Virus record (IMG/VR): IMGVR_UViG_3300050343_000191
Location: 62,001 to 126,000 of that record
DNA: 64,000 nucleotides
Reading direction: 5' to 3' (one strand)
A program made the position numbers and the translations under genes. Positions 10,921 through 21,306 of this stretch are shown here, in pieces. The notes beneath the pieces were generated by a model that saw nothing but the letters and a program-made list of their open reading frames with translations, was not told the DNA's origin and ran no database searches. Position 1 is the stretch's first letter. Every line of letters begins with the position of its first letter.

Positions 10921-11887
10921 ACTTTTTTCCAAGTGTTAAATTTAATTTTTGCTTCTAATCCAGCATATGTATTCAATTTTATCATAGACATAACATCATG
11001 TCCAGCAAGAACCATATCGTTAATGTCTTTCTCTACGATGTTGTTTGGCCAGATTACTACCTGGAGTCTCCTCTATCGATGAGTTTGGCAATTCGGTTGA
11101 CGATTTCTCTGTTACGTGGTTCATTATCAAGAACCCAAATATGATCGCTCCAATCAAACGACCGAATATCAACATCGGACCCACACATAGCAACAGCGTT
11201 TTCCACGAACGTGGAGTCGAAGGGTCCTTCAACGATGTAAATTGGTTGTTTTTCAATCGACATTATCAAGTCCGTATAGTTTCGGAGAATGGTCATTCAA
11301 CATCACAGTGATATATTTAAAGAGTTAGGAAGTGCTCTACCCTGAAATCCAATAAGATTTGTCTCTCATCATACATTGGTATAATGATACGTGGTTCATC
11401 CCTATGATGTGGAGTCAAACGTTTGTTTCTACTATTTGTCCACTCCATAAAACTTGTCAGCAAAATAAAACTTATCGGGATTAAGTTTTCTTTTTGTAAG
11501 ATATTTGTTCGCAACTGGATCTTGAAGATGCTTTGGTAAACCCAACTTCTTTTTGAATACTGGTTTCTTGAAGTTCAAACAGGTTCTTCGAACACAAAGT
11601 TTTTACCAGTATGACCTTCCTTAAACTTCTCAATAGTATATTGTTTATGAAGAGTAGTATCAATCTTCTTAATAAAATTATTCAACGACAAACTAGCACC
11701 ACAATTATGGCACTTAAAGTTAGTGTTATTCTTCATAACATACATATACCCACGTGCACTTGTTCTTGTTCTTCTGCGAGTCTCCACAGATAGGACAACG
11801 GAAGTTGTAAAGGTCTGGTTTGACCTTCTTGAATTTTTGTAGGCGTGACGAAACTAATCCAATATACTTGGAATCAATCAGATCCAT
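10917..11887 (-). CDS. gp61: DNA primase (frameshifted)
   Basis: Zn motifs FRCPICGDS..KCHNCG; TOPRIM YIVEGPFDS..DNEPRN. Confidence 0.92.
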
Positions 11888-11897
11888 TACAATAGGA

Positions 11898-12287
11898 CTA
11901 CTTCTGTTGTTCTATTATAACTGGTGTTTGGTTAGGAGTCAAGAAATTTCCCATCAATTTTTGACCTGGTATGCTAACCAAGAATGATATTACAGTCAGG
12001 GCACCAGCAATGGTCCACATCTTCTTTTCCATAAGACGAAGACGTTCATCAATTAATCTAATATCTCTCTCACAACCTTTCTTTATTTCCTCTGCTTTAC
12101 GATTTACTTCGCGATGTACACTATCTACCTTCTCAAAGAGTACAGCATCAATTCTATCTTGCTTATCTAACTTCTCATTATGGACTGCTAGAAGTTGACC
12201 CATCTTTACGGAGTTATCCTGCAAAGATTCAACTACTCTTTCCAATCTTTCTAAAATGGCAGCATTTACACCAGCAGCATCATCCAT
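11898..12287 (-). CDS. Coiled-coil protein with a C-terminal TM segment
   Basis: 'LLAVHNEKLD..RLRLMEKKMWTIAGAL'. Confidence 0.7.
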   Translation of the reverse strand: MDDAAGVNAAILERLERVVESLQDNSVKMGQLLAVHNEKLDKQDRIDAVLFEKVDSVHREVNRKAEEIKKGCERDIRLIDERLRLMEKKMWTIAGALTVISFLVSIPGQKLMGNFLTPNQTPVIIEQQK

Positions 12288-12661
12288 TATAACTTCCAGT
12301 TCTTACGGACACCTTTGAAGTAAATATATTTTTTCTTTCCTTTTTTGGGGTCCACAGGAGGATCATCTCCTGCTTGAACTGTTCCTGCAATCTTACCGTC
12401 ACCAACATTATTAGTTGGACCACTAACGGCACCAGCACCCATATCTTCATCCAGTTTAGTTTGTGGATCATTTTTAAATCTTCTTTCATCCCCTTTACCA
12501 GAAGGGTCGAGAAGTATTTGACGCATCGTTCTTACTTTTGGTTGTGAAGTTAAAACATTAGTTCCACCACCACCGCCACCCATTCTAAGATCGGCAGGCA
12601 ATTTTCTTCCTACTTTGAGGTTTTGCTCTCTTATAATATTAATGATCTTATCAATATCCAT
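12287..12661 (-). CDS. Hypothetical protein
   Basis: Likely start MDIDKIINIIRE; 'LDEDMGAGAVSGPTNNVG'. Confidence 0.65.
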   Translation of the reverse strand: MDIDKIINIIREQNLKVGRKLPADLRMGGGGGGTNVLTSQPKVRTMRQILLDPSGKGDERRFKNDPQTKLDEDMGAGAVSGPTNNVGDGKIAGTVQAGDDPPVDPKKGKKKYIYFKGVRKNWKL

Positions 12662-13032
12662 TAGAGTGATTTGAGTTCTTGTAAGCAATCATAGTCAATA
12701 GGAATTCCTGATATATGTGTTTTTGGATATTCAGGAATTCTATTGAGGAATGTAAGAAAACTTTTTATAGATGGCCAAAGATCTTCTTCTAAATTATAGA
12801 ACAGAAGAGGAACAGCAGCCTCGTCAAATACATTAAACAAAATTATAAGATGATTTAATATAAGGTGAACTTTTAGCTCACCTGTATTCTTGTATCTTTT
12901 CAATAAACGTTTTATATATCTAATCCTCTTTAAGTCAGACTCAAAATCATCTCTTGTGACTGCTTGCGGATTATTATAAAATTTTATAGCAAAGAGCAAG
13001 TAATTACTCTCGTTCAATTCATTAAATCTCAT
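12661..13032 (-). CDS. Conserved T4-like cyanophage hypothetical protein
   Basis: 'MRFNELNESNYLLFAIKFYNNPQ..HLILNHLIILFNVF'. Confidence 0.8.
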   Translation of the reverse strand: MRFNELNESNYLLFAIKFYNNPQAVTRDDFESDLKRIRYIKRLLKRYKNTGELKVHLILNHLIILFNVFDEAAVPLLFYNLEEDLWPSIKSFLTFLNRIPEYPKTHISGIPIDYDCLQELKSL

Positions 13033-13041
13033 ACCATATTA

Positions 13042-13339
13042 TCAGCTATCTGGAAGAATCGTATCGTCTGCCTGGTCAAGTCCAGTAATTCCAATTGCAA
13101 CGAGAGTCTCAGTTTTAACTCTAAGATTTCCGTGCATATCATTATATGTAGTAATACCAACCCAACCACCATGGGCGGGGGCATACTTGCCAGCATCACC
13201 AGAAGCAGCATTTGCTACTCCAAGTTCAGTTTCATCCACACCGAAAACTGTGAGGTTGGATGTATCCATGCCCTCATGGTGTGCTGTGAATTTTGGCTCA
13301 TCGGTGGATACATCTCCAGATCCCCAAAGTGGTGCCATG
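13042..13339 (-). CDS. Small late (probably virion) protein
   Basis: Start MAPLWG; 'HGGWVG..RVKTETLVA'; TATAAATA at 13368-13375. Confidence 0.7.
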
Positions 13340-13387
13340 TCTTTTACCTTTGAATCTTGTATAAAGATATTTATAAAAAGTAATGGA

Positions 13388-13594
13388 TTACTCTTCGCCC
13401 TCTCTTGACACCATTGCCTTCTTAACAACTTCTAATAATTGATCGTCCATATCAGTCTTAGTCAGCTTAACTGCCTTAGAAAGAATAACAAGACAGATCT
13501 CAACCATCTTCTCACCGAGTTCTTCATTCTCTGGAATGTTATTGATAGCATCTTTAATAATTTTCGACGCTAATGGGAGTAGAAATGCAAGCAT
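13388..13594 (-). CDS. Small hypothetical protein
   Basis: Clean 68-aa ORF 'MLAFLLPLASKII..TKTDMDDQLL'. Confidence 0.7.
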   Translation of the reverse strand: MLAFLLPLASKIIKDAINNIPENEELGEKMVEICLVILSKAVKLTKTDMDDQLLEVVKKAMVSREGEE

Positions 13595-13633
13595 TGTTTT
13601 ATCACATATTTACATTATATAGCACGCTAATAG

Positions 13634-14866
13634 TTACTTTTTCTTTTTCTTTTTGTTACCGTAACCTTCTGCAGACATTTTTGCAGTTTGAGAAGTCATA
13701 ATCTTCATAACTTCTTCCCCATCTTCAGGTGCTCCAAGCATCATTGGGTTCTTGATGCCCATCGCTCTCAACTTATTCTTAAGAAGTTCTCTATAAGTTC
13801 TCTTTTCTCTATCCATATGTCCACATTCACAAGGACACTTCTTACACTTAGGACATTCTTCACCTTTTTCTTCAGCAACCTTTTCTTCAGCAACCTTTTC
13901 TACAGGATCGTTATTTGAGTCAATCTCACGATTTTTATATTCAGAAACCATACTCATAAAACGTTGTTGAGTTTTACTTACCGATTTCTCAGCAATCATT
14001 TCACCTTCAACTTCTCTATGAGCACGGAGATTCTTACTGCCAGCACCATCAACTTTAGAATCTGGATTGATCTGAACTACTGGATTTTTACCTGCATAGT
14101 TATTGACCTTACCATCAGGAACCATCGTTCCCTGACCTTCGGTTGAGGTAGTTCCATCAACAAGGAACTCTTCACTCATTCCCTTTTTCTTGGCAATCGC
14201 TGCATTGATTGCATCACGACGAGCATAGATGTACTTATCAGTACCGTCTTTCTTGCCATCATTATTCACATCACCATCTCTTTTTTGGGGATTCTTAGCG
14301 ACAGGATCCATCTTACCGCGATTCTTCTTTTCACCTTCGTAAGGTTCGCCGTGCTCAGTCATTTCAACTTTGAGACCCTTCGCTCTTAGTTCTGTGATCT
14401 TGGAACGATTAGCATATCTTACATAAGACTTGTCACTCTTAGGATCAGTGACTCTTACCTTATACTTTCTCTCTGCACCTTCATCTTCTTGAATTGGTTC
14501 TTTTTCAACCTTCTCGACAAATACTTTGAAGAGTGCGCTAGCAACAGTTCCAGTAGCACTATCAGACATTAAAGAATCATACGACTCTTTCTTATCTCCG
14601 CCACCATCTTTACCAAATAGTTTTGCTCTAACTGCCGTTTGTTCAGGAGCACTCAGATTACTATTCTGCATATACTGAGCATATGCTGCTCTCAGGTCAA
14701 CACCTTCTCTTCTTGCACGATAACGAATATCGTAGACTGCCTGACGGATTTTCTTTTCAGAACCTCCTTCACCACTCTCCGTTTTTGCGCCTTCTTTAGC
14801 GGCAGGAACTGCAGATGCAGCAGCGTGCTTACGTACTGGAAGGTCTTCAAATATATTTTTAGTCAT
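13634..14866 (-). CDS. Late modular hypothetical protein
   Basis: 'QAVYDIRYRARRE', DxNxDG loop, CPKC..CPCEC, poly-Lys tail; TATAAATA at 14904-14911. Confidence 0.75.
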   Translation of the reverse strand: MTKNIFEDLPVRKHAAASAVPAAKEGAKTESGEGGSEKKIRQAVYDIRYRARREGVDLRAAYAQYMQNSNLSAPEQTAVRAKLFGKDGGGDKKESYDSLMSDSATGTVASALFKVFVEKVEKEPIQEDEGAERKYKVRVTDPKSDKSYVRYANRSKITELRAKGLKVEMTEHGEPYEGEKKNRGKMDPVAKNPQKRDGDVNNDGKKDGTDKYIYARRDAINAAIAKKKGMSEEFLVDGTTSTEGQGTMVPDGKVNNYAGKNPVVQINPDSKVDGAGSKNLRAHREVEGEMIAEKSVSKTQQRFMSMVSEYKNREIDSNNDPVEKVAEEKVAEEKGEECPKCKKCPCECGHMDREKRTYRELLKNKLRAMGIKNPMMLGAPEDGEEVMKIMTSQTAKMSAEGYGNKKKKKK

Positions 14867-14874
14867 CGAAGATT

Positions 14875-16155
14875 TTACGATTTACGTTTTCCTATCTTAT
14901 ATTTATTTATAAACGCTATTCCGCTAGACATAGCGCCTGGAACCATCGATGAAACATAGTTAAAGTGTGAGTCAGTTCCAACCAAACGTTGATCTGCAGG
15001 AACTCCGCCAATCTCAGTTCCATTGACAATTGCTTCATTCACATCTCTAATCCAAGACTTAAACATAATATCATCTTCTGTAACACAAATAAGATGATTT
15101 GCACCTCTACGGACAATTTTTCCAACCAACCCAGTATTCATATTTTCAACCCACTCACCAATTCGATATATTGTTTTGCTTACATAATTTTCACGAAGAG
15201 TTTGTTGATCAAACTTAGGTGCCATTTCCCAAATACCCCACTCCTCATTAATACCCATTGACATACGAAGAGTGTTATACAAATCCTTTACTTCCTTAGG
15301 TGCCATACCATCAGGCATTGCCATTTTAAAAGTTCTATAATCATTTTCAGACGCGGCAAGTCTCAATCTTGACGCCGAAAGACCTTCAACTCCTTGAGCA
15401 TCTGGATCTCTATCACCAGCAGAAACAACCTCAATATTGCTAAACTGATAGAGAGTGCCATTATAATTGTTGGCCAATTTACTAAATTCACCTACTCTGT
15501 CAGCACCACCAACAATTCTGACATTCTCATATCCATCACCATGTGCTTTCTTTAAAACATCAAAAATAGTTCTAGTATTGTTATCATTTTGAATTCTACC
15601 GGCGTGCTTGGGGAACATCCCTCTCATAAATGCAACTTTGGTATCAGCGTCGAGAGGATTCTTCTTAGGATCATTTGAACGAGATGGAACTATAATATAG
15701 TCTCCATGTTCTTGATCTGCCGATTTCTTAGCAGTATCCATCAATTGCTGATGCCCAATATGTGGGGGATTGAATCTGCCAAAAGCAATAGTAAGAGTTC
15801 CTTTTGATTTTACTGCTTTTTGTGGACCTGCAGTAAGATCTGGATTGAGTTCTACTGCTGGTTGTGCTGGAGCAGGTGCTGCTTCTTGTTCTGGTGCAAC
15901 TTGTTGGGGTTCTTGTTTTAGACCTGGATCTGTAAAGTTTGGATCGGAGACATTCTTTTCCAATTCAGTTTGATCGGGATCACCCTTACCAATCTTCTGT
16001 CTCTTGTTATAAAATTTTAATTTACCCTTTTCAGTTTTCGCTACAAATTCCTTAGTGGTCCTATCATACCAAGAACCATGACCGTCACCCTCCAGACCAA
16101 GACGTTGTGCTTGCTGTGTTGCAGATTCGCTTAGAAATTGAAAAAAGGATTTCAT
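14875..16155 (-). CDS. Cytidyltransferase-like (HIGH) nucleotidyltransferase
   Basis: FGRFNPPHIGH, GADR, SAS..R motifs. Confidence 0.85.
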   Translation of the reverse strand: MKSFFQFLSESATQQAQRLGLEGDGHGSWYDRTTKEFVAKTEKGKLKFYNKRQKIGKGDPDQTELEKNVSDPNFTDPGLKQEPQQVAPEQEAAPAPAQPAVELNPDLTAGPQKAVKSKGTLTIAFGRFNPPHIGHQQLMDTAKKSADQEHGDYIIVPSRSNDPKKNPLDADTKVAFMRGMFPKHAGRIQNDNNTRTIFDVLKKAHGDGYENVRIVGGADRVGEFSKLANNYNGTLYQFSNIEVVSAGDRDPDAQGVEGLSASRLRLAASENDYRTFKMAMPDGMAPKEVKDLYNTLRMSMGINEEWGIWEMAPKFDQQTLRENYVSKTIYRIGEWVENMNTGLVGKIVRRGANHLICVTEDDIMFKSWIRDVNEAIVNGTEIGGVPADQRLVGTDSHFNYVSSMVPGAMSSGIAFINKYKIGKRKS

Positions 16156-16367
16156 TGATATCGGTTTTTGCGTAGTTCTAAAGTAACATTGCCACGATTG
16201 GTAACTATGTACTTTAAAATGTCATTTCGTATCTTTATATATTTATCCTTATTTTTACCCCCATTAGAATCAATCTCACGCTGAAAAGTCATGTAGATAT
16301 ATCTGGTGAAGTGTTCGTAATTATCACCATCATAGTCTTTAATTAATTCTTTAACGTATGAATTCAT
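16152..16367 (-). CDS. Small hypothetical protein
   Basis: 71-aa ORF with ATGA overlaps on both sides. Confidence 0.6.
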   Translation of the reverse strand: MNSYVKELIKDYDGDNYEHFTRYIYMTFQREIDSNGGKNKDKYIKIRNDILKYIVTNRGNVTLELRKNRYQ

Positions 16368-17041
16368 GAATCTAAAATGTCTAAACTTTTATCGAGATCA
16401 TATGCCGAAATTCCAGGTTTGGTAGTAACTTGCAGTGCAGTAGTAAACCGATAATTATTGATGGGGACACTACCACCGCGCTTTGTACGAAGACGTATTC
16501 TCAAACCAGGTTTGAATTGTGGAATCGATAAACGTAAAGGGTTTGAACGCATATAGTACAAACCATATCCACCAATCTGAATGTAGAAAGTTCCCTTTGC
16601 TGCATAGTAATCATGCAAAGCAGAACTTGAAATTACTTTATATCGATTACCAAATCTTGCATAATCAGAAGTTACCATTTCCGGAGTAAACTGTTCTGCA
16701 GGAACAGTTGATCTAAAAGGAGCACCTTTAGGACCCCATTCAGAATTTGCAAATTGTTCAATACCAACTCCGCGCATCATATCGCGAAGAATATCTGCCT
16801 CTGGAGTTGAAGCGCCACCAAGTCTCCAAATACCATTATCATAGTTTAGCGTGCCTTGACCATAGTCTGTAGAGAGATTTAACTTGACTTCAAGTTTATA
16901 TGAAGAACCCCTATACATAAACATTGCGTCGGGAGCAAATGGATTTGCTCTTGCAGGGGTAAAACCTGCTGGAGCGATTCCCTTTGCCTTCAACTTGTTA
17001 TGGATTTTCTCTTCATAGACAAAACCCTTTTGACCTGCCAT
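16364..17041 (-). CDS. Putative PD-(D/E)xK endonuclease
   Basis: 'YEEKI..PDAMF..KLEVK'; TAAATA at 17055-17060. Confidence 0.6.
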   Translation of the reverse strand: MAGQKGFVYEEKIHNKLKAKGIAPAGFTPARANPFAPDAMFMYRGSSYKLEVKLNLSTDYGQGTLNYDNGIWRLGGASTPEADILRDMMRGVGIEQFANSEWGPKGAPFRSTVPAEQFTPEMVTSDYARFGNRYKVISSSALHDYYAAKGTFYIQIGGYGLYYMRSNPLRLSIPQFKPGLRIRLRTKRGGSVPINNYRFTTALQVTTKPGISAYDLDKSLDILDS

Positions 17042-17082
17042 TGGCGTTTTCGATTATTTATGTGCCCACTATAGCACAAATA

Positions 17083-17155
17083 TGGAGTTAAGCGGACTCG
17101 AACCGCTGACATCCTGCTTGCAAAGCAGGCGCTCTACCAACTGAGCTATAACCCC
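17083..17155 (-). tRNA. tRNA-Ala (anticodon TGC)
   Basis: GGGGTTATAGCTCAGTTGGTAGAGCG-CCTGC-TT-TGC-AA-GCAGG..GGTTCGAGTCC..CTCCA cloverleaf. Confidence 0.95.
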
Positions 17156-17337
17156 TTGAGATAGTCCTTCTCTTTTTGATATGGGACTACTTCTTTAGTG
17201 TATAGTTTCCATCCTTCGTGAAGTTCAGGAACTAACCACTGATCAACCCGATAACAGTATTGCCAATTAACGGGTTGAATACAATTCATAACAACTACAG
17301 TCCAAAATGCTGTAGCATAATTAAGAATCGTGTACAT
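17146..17337 (-). CDS. Small hypothetical protein
   Basis: Likely start MYTILNY; 'VVMNCIQPVNWQYC'. Confidence 0.55.
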   Translation of the reverse strand: MYTILNYATAFWTVVVMNCIQPVNWQYCYRVDQWLVPELHEGWKLYTKEVVPYQKEKDYLKGL

Positions 17338-18363
17338 TAGATTGCAAAAGTTATAATCGCTGCATATCCAATAAGTATGCCACACAGACCACCAATTACT
17401 TTATAATATTTCCTAATAGGAGTTCCAAAATATTGTTGTCCAATCATCAAACATTTATGTGCAGGTGACAATAGATATCCAGAATATTCAGTGCAAAGGA
17501 ACCACACCAAGTATTGGGGACCGAAGATTGCTACCAGAGCAGAAGTCATACCAGCATACTTACCAGATGAACCCATAATCCAAGCAGCAACCATAGCAAC
17601 AATTGAAGCGGGAATTAACATTTCAGGAGTTGCTGTTTTTAAGTATTCCATCACAGGACCTTTTATTTGCCCAACAACACCACTAAATGCAAGAACAATA
17701 GTAGCAATGATAGCAAACTTACCATCCAACCACTTGCCCCACTTCCAATCTTTAAATACAATAGAGTAATAGATTGACATTCCAAGGAACCAAGGGAAGA
17801 AGAAGATTGCTCCACCTTTACCTGTATTCAATAGAAGAATAATAGTAGCAATCAGTGGTGCCCATCCCGTAAGAGCACGACGCCAATTGAACTCACGAAC
17901 ATTATCCAAAATATTAACACTTTCAGGATCAATCTTTGAAGAAGATATACCACCAAGTATACGATAATGTAATGACAAGAGGAACGATTGTATATCCAAG
18001 AAATGTCGTATAGGATACTCCCATCACCGCCATAGGTAAGACAACTGTCTTCTCTAGTGGTGACCACCAATAATAATGATGGGTAGACAAATAATCAATT
18101 ACACCAAAATAAGAACGTTTTTTCTTTTCTGCTGGAGCAATAGCATCTAGGAGTGGTGCAGATAATGCCACACGTCCTGGAATAGGAAGTACGCCACCTA
18201 AAAGTGAGGTTAGAATAATAATAAGACGATTATCACTAATATATCTTTTTATTAGTGAATATACATCTTCAAGTGCATGATATTCACGAATGAACCCACC
18301 CAGGATCATAATACCAAAGATGTACCCCATGTAGAGTTCATTTTTAATTATAGATTCTATCAA
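17337..18363 (-). CDS. Multi-pass membrane transporter-like protein (one frameshift near 17940)
   Basis: Two hydrophobic ORFs that join; 'GGVLPIPGR', 'GYLLSPAHKCL'. Confidence 0.7.
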
Positions 18364-18770
18364 AGATCACCAACTTCTCTATTCTCGGAATAGTATACAT
18401 CAAACTGTCCACCAGGATAACGCTTCTCAAGTTTCTGGACATTGCGAGCAACAACTTCATCAAGAGAAACACCAAGTGCCATACACGCTTGAGCAACATA
18501 CCACATCAGATCACCAAGTTCGATAAACAGATGTTCCTTGTTTGCTTCATCCCAAGGTTTGCCTTGGAAGATAAGTTTCTTGATAATTTCAAGGAACTCT
18601 CCGCCTTCAGCATTGATACCAACACCAGCGGTCAGAAGACGTTCAATGTTTGCACCCTTTTCATCCAGTTCAACTAGACGATCTGCAAGGGCAACAAAAT
18701 CTGTAGATTGGTCTGAAGTAACAGCATCTACAAACTTCTGATACTTTTCAAAATCAACTTGCTTACTCAT
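18360..18770 (-). CDS. mazG: MazG nucleotide pyrophosphohydrolase
   Basis: 'AEGGEFLEIIKK..ELGDLMWY..KLEKRYP'. Confidence 0.92.
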   Translation of the reverse strand: MSKQVDFEKYQKFVDAVTSDQSTDFVALADRLVELDEKGANIERLLTAGVGINAEGGEFLEIIKKLIFQGKPWDEANKEHLFIELGDLMWYVAQACMALGVSLDEVVARNVQKLEKRYPGGQFDVYYSENREVGDL

Positions 18771-20148
18771 TAGAATTTAAATCCGTCGAATGATTTTTTA
18801 GGTTTCTTTTCGTCCTCATAATTATACTCCTCTTCCTGTCCAGAGTCAAGTATATCCTCTTGTGCTGACTGCTCACAATCATAAAGACGCATCTTGGCAC
18901 GGTCAATACCAACAACAAATCTCTTATTGACTAGATTAATATCATTATAACGTTCTTCAATTGCTTCACCATAATCTGTCCCAACTGTTCAAGTTCCTCA
19001 GTGCTAATAAGGGCAAACATAAGATCAGCAGTAGCAGGGAGACCAAAGGACTCAGAAGTGTCAGTAAGGTCAACATCAGAGCTACCATAACCAGAACGAG
19101 TGGTCTGGGTGGCAGATACGATAGGGACCTCGGCTTCGACAGCCAATCCTCTAAGTTCCTCTGCAATCGACTTAACAAGAGTATAGGAATTAATATTGGC
19201 AGATCCCGACTTGTAACGCGACGAGGCACAAATATTGAGGTAATCCATGAATATAATATCAGGTCTAAAAGATTTCTTAAGTGCAAGTTCATTAAGAAGT
19301 GCTTTAAAATGTCCACTATGAGCACTTGCAGTAGGATACTCTTTAATTATAAGTTGACCCTGAGTTTTTTTGTTCAACTTAACTTTGTTTTCAAACGAAG
19401 TTTAGGAAGATCACAATATCTCTGAATAGCAACATTCAATAAGGTTTGCATCAATTCGTTCAGCAATTTTTTCCTCTGCCATCTCCATTGTAATGTATAG
19501 TACGTTACTTCCTTGGAGACACGGAGCTAGCCATATGGCACATGAATAAAGACTTGCCGACACCTGTCCCAGCAAGAGCGATATTAAGAGTCTTATTAGA
19601 TATACCCCCTTTCGTAATCTTATTAAAATATTCAAGATCAAAGGGAATACCTTCTTCTTTCCTGATGATAGACTCATATCTTTCTTGATAATCTTCTAAG
19701 TAATTGTGTCCAATATGTTGTCAAAAGAAACTGCAAGTGCATCAGAAAGAATAGAAGGAATAGCATCGCGATTTTTCTTCTCATCAGCACCATCAGCAAT
19801 ACTGATAGATTCCATCAGTGCCAAATAAATGGCACGATCACGACACCACTTTTCAGTGGTATCTTAACCATTTATTATCGGCAGGAGAATCGTAAACGAA
19901 TTGCAATAATTTCACTGGTTTCTTTTACTTCAGTCTCAGAGAGATCTGTACGATTCCTCAATCTCAATTGAAGTGCTTCTGTAGTAATGGCATTGCCATA
20001 TTTCACAATAAACTGAGTAATCTCCTCAAAGATAATACCTTTTCGGTTCTCTGCTCAAAATAATCAGGTTCAATAAACGGAATTACTTTGCGAGAGTACT
20101 CTTCGTTGAAAACAAGTTTCGCAGAATAGTTGTCTCAATTCGCTCCAT
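18770..20148 (-). CDS. gp41: Replicative helicase (frameshifted)
   Basis: AGTGVGKS, YITMEMAEEKIAERIDAN, DYLNI, SESFGLP. Confidence 0.93.
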
Positions 20149-21144
20149 AAGAATAGGTTTCTTTTGCAATGGTGTCAAGTTTTTCCATCACCTCTGGGGT
20201 GAAGTAAACTTCAGGGTCTTTCAGGATTGCTTTGGCATAAACTTTCTTTCCATCTATTTCATATCGACCGGCAACATTTTTCCAAAGTCCACCAAGTTCA
20301 CCTAAGTTCAAGAAGACCATAATATCGATCAAGACCACGCTCATCGTAATAAAGACGCACCGTAACATTTTGATTCTCCTTACTTAAACGCGACTTAGCA
20401 GTCTTTGCCTTGATAAGATTTCCAATGACTTCTGTTCCATCCTTTTCTTTTTTCTTACTAAGTGAATAATCGTGGACGCAGCATACTTAAGACCAGAACC
20501 GCCACCCATCTCTTTAGTAGGAACATAAGCACCGATAACATCGTAAGTGTGATTAGTAACGATCATTGGAATGTTTGCTTGACCCAACTTGAGTGTGAGC
20601 ATTCTGAACGCACCTTTGATCAGTTGTGATTTAGTCATATCCCGAACTTGTTTTTCGTTTAGCGTATCAGTGATCTCTTTCTCAGTGGAAAGCATCCCCA
20701 AAGAGTCTAGCACAAACATACAGGGTTTGCGTTCTTCTTCAGATTTTTTTAAGTATATATCTACTGCCTTGAGTGCCTTACTGACGGAACTCTTCAACAG
20801 TTACTACATTAACCACGACCAGACGTGAGAGATCAATTCCTCTACTTTCGAGAAGAGATTTATTAACTGCTGCCTCGGTGTCAAAATAAAGGCAATATCC
20901 GTCAGGATTAGAATCAAGAAAGTTTTTGACGACAGCGAGAGAAAAGAAAGTCTTGCCAGTAGAAGACTCCCCAGCAATGGCAGTAATCTTATTCCCAGAT
21001 ACACCACCAAATATACTACCTGAAACCAATGCGTTAAAGATGTACGAACCCGTGTCCACGTAAGTTTTCAGTGTCGTCAATGTCGGATGCCAGTTTGGTA
21101 TAGTCATCTCCAATCTCTTTTACAATGTCGTTTAAAAAATCCAT
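20135..21144 (-). CDS. uvsX: RecA-like recombinase (frameshifted)
   Basis: [26 protein letters not shown]. Confidence 0.93.
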
Positions 21145-21148
21145 TACA

Positions 21149-21306
21149 TTACAAATCCAAATTCTTCACGGGCAATTTTTTTGTAAGGTCCGCCTGGGTT
21201 AGCATCACGGATATCCTTAATCTTCTTGAGTTTTTGATATAAACAGTATCTCCTCCAAGAGCACTTACAATAGTTGCAAGTTCTTTGTCGTTAATAGGTA
21301 GTCCAT
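21149..21306 (-). CDS. Small hypothetical protein (frameshifted)
   Basis: 'LPINDKELATIVSAL..GGDT' between gp43 and uvsX. Confidence 0.45.
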
